This document shows, piece after piece, positions 9,579 through 16,908 of a DNA stretch of 64,000 nucleotides; position 1 is the first letter of the stretch, and the number at the start of each line of letters is the position of its first letter. The position numbers and the translations under genes are program-made. The stretch is from Candidatus Poseidoniales archaeon (GTDB taxonomy: Archaea; Thermoplasmatota; Poseidoniia; MGIII; CG-Epi1). The notes under the pieces were generated by a model. That model searched no databases, was not told the DNA's origin, and worked only from the letters and a program-made list of their open reading frames with translations. The stretch is from NCBI GenBank assembly GCA_045567955.1, contig JBJLBX010000018.1, positions 9,292 through 73,291 on the forward strand, read 5' to 3'.

Positions 9579-10188
9579 TATGTCTAAACCCTCTTGAATT
9601 AAATTTCTTTTCGGGTAAATAAAAGCATGTTATTCTCGAAATTTCTAAAGCATATGCTGTTTTTGCTAATTTACCTCCGTGTAAATTAATTGCCTTTATT
9701 CGTGCCATTTTACCCTCAAGACGAATAGTTGTACCTACTCGAAATTCTTCTTGAGATTCAAATTCTTGTTTAATTGAAAGTGTAGACTCACCATCGTGTA
9801 TTGCAAATCTAACACGTGCATGGGTCGCTCTTTTAGCCCAAACTATAGGATTATCTTGTGAGTAGGCTGAAGGAGGGCGTTTGCTATCTAGTTCAAGCCC
9901 TGTAATCAAAATCAATCCATCAGGATGAGGACGAGTTTCTCCCACATTAATACTAACTCCTCGATCTACATACATAATTCCATTCTCAGTTTTATCTTCA
10001 TTAGAAATACGTAATCTCAATTCTAGTGGAGGTTCTTCTTTAATCTCAGTGGAACCTGTAGAATTACACTCTAAACATGTAACAACTCCTTGGAAACTAA
10101 ACCCCTTTTTAGAGGATGTACGACTCTTAAGAACTTTATGTGGACATTCTTCTCCACATACTTCACAAAATATCCAGATTTCTTCCAT
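9562..10188 (-). CDS. zinc-ribbon domain protein, unknown function
   Basis: 208 aa; N-terminal CEVCGEEC...x25...CLEC (4-Cys ribbon) followed by a beta-rich domain. Start overlaps purH stop by 1 nt and its 3' end overlaps the membrane protein start by 17 nt. Confidence 0.55.
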   Translation of the reverse strand: MEEIWIFCEVCGEECPHKVLKSRTSSKKGFSFQGVVTCLECNSTGSTEIKEEPPLELRLRISNEDKTENGIMYVDRGVSINVGETRPHPDGLILITGLELDSKRPPSAYSQDNPIVWAKRATHARVRFAIHDGESTLSIKQEFESQEEFRVGTTIRLEGKMARIKAINLHGGKLAKTAYALEISRITCFYLPEKKFNSRGFRHNGRKS

Positions 10189-11744
10189 TAGTGCTTAAAA
10201 TGCCTCATACCCGTAAATACCATAGCCATCCCATTTTCATTCGCAGCATCTATAACTTCTTGATCTCTCATAGAACCTCCGGGCTGAATAACTGCAGTAA
10301 CTCCTGCCTTTGCCGCCTCATCAATTCCATCTCTAAATGGAAAAAACGCATCAGAAGACATAACTGTATCTTGTGCATTAGGAATTGATTTAAAAGTTGC
10401 AATTTTTACTGAATCTATACGTGACATTTGGCCTGCACCGATACCTACTGTAGCTTTTTGTCTAGAAAAAACTATAGCATTGCTTTTGACATGCTTGACT
10501 ATTTTCCAACCAAACTGTAATCCGTCTAATTCTTCTTTAGTTGGACTACGTTCAGTTACAATTTTACAATCTGAAATATCTATAGTTGCTTCATCCGATT
10601 CTTGCATGAGCCAGCCTTGATCTAGTGAACGTAAGCTAAAACTTCGTTCATAATTATCAAGTGAACCAGTTTCTAATACTCTTAAATTTTCTTTTTTAGA
10701 AAGAATCTCACGAGCTTCGGAAGTAAATGAAGGCGCTATTACTCCTTCTTTAAATGATGAAATAATATTTTTTGACAACTCACTATCAACGCCTCGGTTT
10801 AGAGCTATTATCCCTCCAAAAGAACTCATTGGATCTGTGTTTATTGCTAATTCATAAGCTTCTACTAAATTATCTGCGCTAGCTGCACCACAAGGATTGT
10901 TATGCTTAACAACGATAACTGTTGGTTCTTCAAATTCCGTAACCATTGCTAAAGCTGCATCAAAATCAAGAAGATTATTGTAACTTAACTGTTTACCTTG
11001 TATTTGTTCTGCATTGGAAATAGAAGGAGTTGTACTTGATAAATCTGAATAAAAAATTGCTGATTGATGTGGGTTTTCACCATATCTTAATGGAGGACTT
11101 CCTACCCCTGTAACATGTATGGATGGAGGAAGGCCTTCTTCACCAAATCTAGATCCTAGCTCAGATTGAATAGTTGTATCATATTCTGCTGTATGTCTAA
11201 AAGCTTTCAAGGCTAATTCACGTCTTTGTAATAAATTTAGGCCACCTTTTCCAATTTCATCAATAATCCAATCATAATCATCAGTATCGGTAACAACTGC
11301 AACCCTAGAATGGTTTTTGGCTGCTGCTCTCAATAAACTTGGGCCCCCTATGTCTATTTGTTCAATGATTGAATCTAAATCTAAATTTTTTGATATTGCT
11401 TCTCTGAATGGATACAAATTACAAATTATCATGTCAAAAATCCCAATATTATGTTCTTCTACCTCTTTATTGTCTTCATCTCTAGCAAGAATACCGCCAA
11501 AAATTAAAGGATGAAGTGTTTTTACACGGCCACCCATCATTTCTGGAAAATTCGTAACTGAGTCTACTGATGTTACACTTATCCCTTCATTCAAAATAAC
11601 CTGAGAAGTTCCACCTGTAGACACTATTTCAATATCTAATTTGTTTAATTCTTTAGCTAAATTTACAATCTTATTTTTATCGCTAACGCTGATTAAAACA
11701 CGAGATACTTTCCTTCTCTCCATATTATCTGAAATACTTGTCAT
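10188..11744 (-). CDS. purH: bifunctional AICAR transformylase / IMP cyclohydrolase
   Basis: 518 aa; MGS-like N-domain (VLISVSDKNKIVNLAKEL...STGGT) and AICARFT domain. Confidence 0.9.
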   Translation of the reverse strand: MTSISDNMERRKVSRVLISVSDKNKIVNLAKELNKLDIEIVSTGGTSQVILNEGISVTSVDSVTNFPEMMGGRVKTLHPLIFGGILARDEDNKEVEEHNIGIFDMIICNLYPFREAISKNLDLDSIIEQIDIGGPSLLRAAAKNHSRVAVVTDTDDYDWIIDEIGKGGLNLLQRRELALKAFRHTAEYDTTIQSELGSRFGEEGLPPSIHVTGVGSPPLRYGENPHQSAIFYSDLSSTTPSISNAEQIQGKQLSYNNLLDFDAALAMVTEFEEPTVIVVKHNNPCGAASADNLVEAYELAINTDPMSSFGGIIALNRGVDSELSKNIISSFKEGVIAPSFTSEAREILSKKENLRVLETGSLDNYERSFSLRSLDQGWLMQESDEATIDISDCKIVTERSPTKEELDGLQFGWKIVKHVKSNAIVFSRQKATVGIGAGQMSRIDSVKIATFKSIPNAQDTVMSSDAFFPFRDGIDEAAKAGVTAVIQPGGSMRDQEVIDAANENGMAMVFTGMRHFKH

Positions 11745-11758
11745 TAATATCAGAAAAA

Positions 11759-12442
11759 TTAAGTACTATCTGGGAGTTTCTTAAGGAAATCTCCAGGAAG
11801 CTCTTTGACCAGATAAACTGTAGTCCCGGCCTTCATTATTGCACAATCTGCCCCTTCGGCAGCTCTTACATCAACTAGCAATACTATCGGTTTACCAATT
11901 ATGTGACGGCCAGCTTCTAATGCATTTAATCTTGTACTTGAAAGATGAACCATATTTCTATCACCTGGATACAGCCCATGTTCTAGATATTCTGTCGAAT
12001 CTTCTTTGGAACAAGCAAAGTAAAGATGCTCAGGATTTTTATCAGTTGGTAGATCTAATTCTAAATCTAAAGTGTGAGCATAAGTTGCTCTTAATCTACC
12101 ATTTTTCAATTCATATCTACCCTTAGGATCTGTCTCTACGACTGCTTGTAAATGTTTAGTTTCAAGATAATGAAAATGACGTCTTTGTGACTTGACTGCA
12201 TCAATAAATTCTGAAGCTTCAAGCCATCCTTGTTTGTCCATCTCAAGATCAAATCTGTCTGGAAAATGGCGTAATACTCCAGCCATTACTCTTCCAAATT
12301 GATCTAAATGTCTTGGGGACATTACTAAAACTCCATCCTCTCCGCTTAAGGGGCACTTTTCACCTCTGAAAAAGCCATGTCCATACTTAACTTCCTCTTT
12401 CAAAGGAACTGTTGGATTTCTACGCATGTATCTCCATTGCAA
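11759..12442 (-). CDS. kptA: RNA 2'-phosphotransferase (Tpt1/KptA family); first ~40 codons may be an extension
   Basis: LRHFPDRFDLEMDKQGWLEASEFIDAV ... RATYAHTLD ... HGLYPGDRNMVHLSS fit the Tpt1 pattern (LRH.P...GL.lD..GW, QGHS-like, vHLS). A plausible internal start MSPRHLDQFG lies at about 12322. Confidence 0.75.
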   Translation of the reverse strand: MQWRYMRRNPTVPLKEEVKYGHGFFRGEKCPLSGEDGVLVMSPRHLDQFGRVMAGVLRHFPDRFDLEMDKQGWLEASEFIDAVKSQRRHFHYLETKHLQAVVETDPKGRYELKNGRLRATYAHTLDLELDLPTDKNPEHLYFACSKEDSTEYLEHGLYPGDRNMVHLSSTRLNALEAGRHIIGKPIVLLVDVRAAEGADCAIMKAGTTVYLVKELPGDFLKKLPDST

Positions 12443-12473
12443 CGGGTCTGTATAAGATTAGTTCTGATACGAA

Positions 12474-14081
12474 TTATTTTCGTTGAAAAGTTGTCTGAAC
12501 TGAACTTGTATTTGAAGAATCTATAATATTAGAACCTGTTAATTCTTCATTGGTAGGCACATCTAGTTCTATCCGGCCAGCTGAAAAAAGATCATGCATC
12601 TTTTGCTCTTTATCACGGCTACTCCAAAAAGCTGCTTCATCTCTACTTCCCTTGGTAACAAAAATAAAAACTTCACCGGGACGATTACGCCCCGTTCTAC
12701 CCCTTCTTTGAATCATACGTATAGCTGATGAGACTGGTTCAAAGAATACTACAACATCTGTAGAAGGTATATCTAAACCTTCTTCACCAACTGAAGTTGC
12801 AACAAGAATATTAAATTCATTTTTCCTAAACCGGTCTAATATTTTCTTCTGCTGTTTCTGAGTCATTCCTTTGTCACCTACACGAGACCCCTGACCAACA
12901 AAACGAACTGGTTTAGCTCCTTCTATTTTTTCTAAATGTTCTACAATTAATTTTGCAGTATGTCTTATTTCTGCAAAAATAATAAAACGAGAAGAACCAG
13001 AATGTATCTGGACTTCAATTAATTCAAGTAAACGCTCTAATTTTGGATGATCTGTAGGATTTGAATTTGCAATTTTCTGAGCTATCTTCCAATCTGAATT
13101 TGAAACTAACCACTTATTAGCACGACTGCCTTTCTTCTTATCTCTAGCATCTTTTTCTATTCGTGAAGTATAATCTAAGAATTGAAGCATACCCTGTGTT
13201 TCAACTGTCAGTATAGCATGTGCAACTTTCATTGCCATTGCTTGAGTTGTCATCATAGTGAATGTTTGAGGAGGAGTATTAGGCTTAGTTTTCATATAAG
13301 TTATTTGCAGTTTCTTTCCAGCTTCAATCAGCATCGTAGTCGATACTTTTCTTGGCCTATCTATAATTCCTTGTTTGTACAACTTACCACAAAGATAATT
13401 CTGTAATTTTCTTAATTGATTTGCAATATCTATAACACTAATTGGCATTTCAACACGAATCCATCGTGTTTTAATTGGTTGAATATAAGAAATTACATCG
13501 GGATCAGTATCATCTCTATTCTCTACTGCTGAAAGACCTAAATCACGGCATAATCGAATAATCTCTGGCTTTGAACTACCGGGTGATGCAGTCATACCTA
13601 TTGCTAAATGATCTTTAGAAACTGAAGAATAATGACGGCCAATTGAAACATATGCATAATTTCCAACTGCCCTATGTGCTTCATCAAAAATCACAAGGGA
13701 AAAATTCTTAAGATTCATACGCTCATTTTCTATATCTTTTGAAACAACCTGAGGTGTTGAAACTATAATTTTGGAAGAATTCCACAAGGGTTCACGGAGT
13801 TTGGGTGCGATAGCTCCAGTAAAAAGATTAATATCTACATCCAAAAATTTATTTAGAAAATCAGCATGCTGTTGAGCAAGAGGTTTTGTAGGAGCCATCA
13901 AAAGAATTTGACCACTCTCTAATCTTTCTAGGATTACTCTAAGAGCTACAACGGTTTTACCCATTCCAGTTGGCAAAATTACAAGTGTGGATTGTTCAAG
14001 ACAGGCTTGTGAAATATTAGCCTGATATTGTCTATCTTCTAAGGGGCCATCTTTCAAGAATTTGTGATTAAAAACCTTCAT
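12474..14081 (-). CDS. Hef/FANCM/RIG-I-like superfamily-2 helicase, helicase domains only
   Basis: 535 aa; YQANISQACLEQSTLVILPTGMGKT (motif I), DEAH motif II FDEAHRAVG, motif VI QRRGRTGR. No ERCC4 nuclease or HhH2 region. Confidence 0.8.
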   Translation of the reverse strand: MKVFNHKFLKDGPLEDRQYQANISQACLEQSTLVILPTGMGKTVVALRVILERLESGQILLMAPTKPLAQQHADFLNKFLDVDINLFTGAIAPKLREPLWNSSKIIVSTPQVVSKDIENERMNLKNFSLVIFDEAHRAVGNYAYVSIGRHYSSVSKDHLAIGMTASPGSSKPEIIRLCRDLGLSAVENRDDTDPDVISYIQPIKTRWIRVEMPISVIDIANQLRKLQNYLCGKLYKQGIIDRPRKVSTTMLIEAGKKLQITYMKTKPNTPPQTFTMMTTQAMAMKVAHAILTVETQGMLQFLDYTSRIEKDARDKKKGSRANKWLVSNSDWKIAQKIANSNPTDHPKLERLLELIEVQIHSGSSRFIIFAEIRHTAKLIVEHLEKIEGAKPVRFVGQGSRVGDKGMTQKQQKKILDRFRKNEFNILVATSVGEEGLDIPSTDVVVFFEPVSSAIRMIQRRGRTGRNRPGEVFIFVTKGSRDEAAFWSSRDKEQKMHDLFSAGRIELDVPTNEELTGSNIIDSSNTSSVQTTFQRK

Positions 14082-14089
14082 TATTGGAG

Positions 14090-16363
14090 TTAAGCTTTTT
14101 TGGAAGCTTTCTTCGGTGCTTTTTTCCGTAGTGTTTCTATCAATTTACTTGCAGTCCCTTGACGACCTCCAGACAATTCACCATAGTTAGCAACATTTAC
14201 TAAATTACAAGCTCCTGCTTCCTCAAGATCTGCTTTCTTAGCTAAATTTTTAATAAAATTAATTTGTTTAGGACTTGGTGGCTTAGGCACTGAATCTGTT
14301 TTATCTCTTAAAGCTCCAATCAATTGACTTGCGGTACCTGATTTTCCGCCAGATAATTCTTCAAATTTAGAAGCACCAACTAATTTACAAGCTGATTTTT
14401 CATCAAGTTCTAAGGATTCTGCCAAACTCTGAGCATAGGACAACTGTTTAACAGATGCAGGAAGTGGAATATCCTCTGTAGCATTTTTGAGAGTATCAAT
14501 AACTTCCCCTATCCTTTCACCATTCATCTTTACTGGATCTTCATTATCTAATATTTTTTCTAATTCTGAATCTGAAACTAGGGTTGCCAATCTATGATAG
14601 TAATCTAACTGACGTTTAGTAGGTGTTTCTTTCTTTTTCTCTACTGCTTTATCATGAAGCTCCTTAAATGAAGTAACAAAACCATCCCATACTATTGCGC
14701 CATTTTGCTTTCCTGTTTCTATCTGGTCCAATTCAGATTCCATTGTTGAAGTGAATGAAGGTGAAAATAAACTAATTTTTTCTTCTTCAGAGTTATAGAA
14801 AGGTATTACTTCATCGCATAGCAAAATACCCTGGTCTGTTGGTTTTAGTCTTCCTTTGTTATCACTACAATATTTACGATCTAAAAGTTTCTTTATGGTT
14901 GCCGCATAAGTTGAAGGTCTTCCTATTCCTTCCGATTTCATTAAAGCTACCAAACCATGCTGAGTATATCTTGCAGGAGGTTTAGTTTTATCCTCAATTA
15001 GTTTAGGATTTTCATCACCTGCATCTAATTTAATGGATTTTTCCTCTAATATTTCAGGTTTAGGAGGTGAAATAGGAGGCGTTTTCTGTATTGCCTCAAA
15101 AGCAGATTCCCAACCGGGAGTGACTCTCCACTTTGTATCGCCATCTAAAGGTCTTTCAAAAGTTTCAAGATTCGCTATTAATTTCATACTTGTCCACTCA
15201 GAATCTATCATTTGACTCGCAATGAACCTGGACCAAATAAGGCGATAAAGACGCACTTGAGATTCATCTAAACCTCCTGGTAAATCAATAAGGGGATCAG
15301 TTGGACGTATTGCTTCATGAGCATCTTGAATACCTGATTTCGGTTTCCCACCAATAACTCCCTTGCCTAATAATTCTTCACCCCATTTCGATATTATTTT
15401 TTCGTGTGCCTTCTCGCGGGAAGATGCACTCGTTCGTGTTGAATCTGTTCTCATATAGGTTATGTGTCCAGCTTCATACAAACCTTGGGCAACTCTCATT
15501 GTATTGCTTGGCCTCCAACTATACTTACTACCTGCAGCTTGAAGTAAAGTATCGGTTGTAAAAGGTGGTTTCGGACGACGCTTGTAGGTATTGAGAGATA
15601 CCTTCGAAATTATTATCTGTTTCTCAAAATTTAGACTATCAAATACTTTTTGTGCTAAATCAGTACTATTTGTTCTGTGTGTATCACTTTTTCCTTTCTC
15701 ATCTTTCCAAACTAATGGATCGTCTCTATCATGGAAACGTACTCGGAAGTCTATTCCTGAAGCTATAGCTTGAACTGCCCAGTAAGGTGTTGCCACAAAT
15801 TTTTGAATCTCTTTTTCCTTGTTGACTATAAACGCCAAAGCCGGTGTTTGAACACGACCCATTGAACTAAGGCTCCAAGACCTAGCAAATCGTGAAGCTC
15901 GATAACCTATCAAACGATCCATAAATCTTCTGACTTTGGCTGCATCGACAAGGTTCATATCTACTGAACCTGCTTCATCTAAAGCATCTCTAATCGCAGT
16001 CTTAGTAATTTCATTAAAAGTTATTCTTTTGATTTCTTTAAACTCAGAAAATAATTCACTAAGTCTCCAAGCTATGAATTCACCTTCTCTGTCAGGATCA
16101 GTAGCTATTAGTACTCTTTTAACTTTCTTACTACGAGCATCTGAAAGGATTTTTTTGACATTTTTTTCAGCTCTTTCAGTCCAGCTCCAAGGAGGATCAG
16201 GTAATGCTGACTCTGTATGCTTCCACAATGCTTTACTTCCATCTTTACCTTTATTTGGTAAATCTTGAACATGACCATTTGAAGCCCTAACTAGTATATT
16301 TTTACCCAAATATTTCTGGATTGTTTTGGCTTTGGCACCGGACTCGACTACTACTAAATCCAT
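14090..16363 (-). CDS. topA: DNA topoisomerase I (type IA), C-terminal tandem repeats instead of Zn ribbons
   Basis: 757 aa; Toprim N-terminus (MDLVVVESGAKAKTIQKYLG), catalytic Tyr region, topo IA core. The last ~160 aa carry three ~50-aa repeats (KQLSYAQSLAESLELDEKSACKLVGASKFEELSGGKSGTASQLIGALRDK / KQINFIKNLAKKADLEEAGACNLVNVANYGELSGGRQGTASKLIETLRKK). Confidence 0.9.
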   Translation of the reverse strand: MDLVVVESGAKAKTIQKYLGKNILVRASNGHVQDLPNKGKDGSKALWKHTESALPDPPWSWTERAEKNVKKILSDARSKKVKRVLIATDPDREGEFIAWRLSELFSEFKEIKRITFNEITKTAIRDALDEAGSVDMNLVDAAKVRRFMDRLIGYRASRFARSWSLSSMGRVQTPALAFIVNKEKEIQKFVATPYWAVQAIASGIDFRVRFHDRDDPLVWKDEKGKSDTHRTNSTDLAQKVFDSLNFEKQIIISKVSLNTYKRRPKPPFTTDTLLQAAGSKYSWRPSNTMRVAQGLYEAGHITYMRTDSTRTSASSREKAHEKIISKWGEELLGKGVIGGKPKSGIQDAHEAIRPTDPLIDLPGGLDESQVRLYRLIWSRFIASQMIDSEWTSMKLIANLETFERPLDGDTKWRVTPGWESAFEAIQKTPPISPPKPEILEEKSIKLDAGDENPKLIEDKTKPPARYTQHGLVALMKSEGIGRPSTYAATIKKLLDRKYCSDNKGRLKPTDQGILLCDEVIPFYNSEEEKISLFSPSFTSTMESELDQIETGKQNGAIVWDGFVTSFKELHDKAVEKKKETPTKRQLDYYHRLATLVSDSELEKILDNEDPVKMNGERIGEVIDTLKNATEDIPLPASVKQLSYAQSLAESLELDEKSACKLVGASKFEELSGGKSGTASQLIGALRDKTDSVPKPPSPKQINFIKNLAKKADLEEAGACNLVNVANYGELSGGRQGTASKLIETLRKKAPKKASKKA

Positions 16364-16394
16364 TATAGGACCGCCAGAAAGGGTGAATAAATAT

Positions 16395-16436
16395 CTTTTT
16401 CTGATACGAAAAAGTAACGGGGCCCTAAGGGCCCCG
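16395..16436. promoter_or_regulatory. two adjacent perfect hairpins in the topA / CoA-binding-gene divergent intergenic region
   Basis: CTTTTTC-tgatac-GAAAAAG (7-bp stem) then CGGGGCCC-taa-GGGCCCCG (8-bp all-GC stem) in an otherwise AT-rich spacer; read directly from the sequence. Confidence 0.35.
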
Positions 16437-16523
16437 AGATTATATGGAAAAATACTAAATGAATTATTTAAGTTTTAGAATGACATCTCAAACATTAAAA
16501 ATAGAAATGGTGTAAGGTTCAAT

Positions 16524-16907
16524 ATGGTACTAGAAAAATTAAAGTCTGAAAATGTTAAAATTGCATTAGTTGGCGCATCAAACGATAAAGAGAAATTCGG
16601 AAATAAAATATATCTAGATTTGAAACTAAAGGGATATGATGTAATACCAATTAATCCTAAAGAAAAATTTATCGAAGGCGATGAAACTTACTCATCATTA
16701 AATAAAATGGAAAAATTACCAGACATTGTAAATTTCGTTGTGCCACCTAGTATTGCTATAATAGTCGCTAAAGAAGCCGTAGAATTAGGAATTAAGTATC
16801 TATGGTTTCAGCCAGGTTCTGAAAGTAACGAATTAGAAAATTGGCTAAAAAGTTCAAACGAAATAAATTACCTAATAAATTCTTGTATAATGGTAAAAGC
16901 CCTATAA
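16524..16907 (+). CDS. CoA-binding domain protein (YccU/YneT-like)
   Basis: 127 aa; KIALVGASNDKEKFGNKIY ... VNFVVPPSIAIIVAKEAVELGIKYLWFQPG typical of CoA_binding_2 proteins. Confidence 0.7.
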   Translation: MVLEKLKSENVKIALVGASNDKEKFGNKIYLDLKLKGYDVIPINPKEKFIEGDETYSSLNKMEKLPDIVNFVVPPSIAIIVAKEAVELGIKYLWFQPGSESNELENWLKSSNEINYLINSCIMVKAL

Positions 16908-16908
16908 T

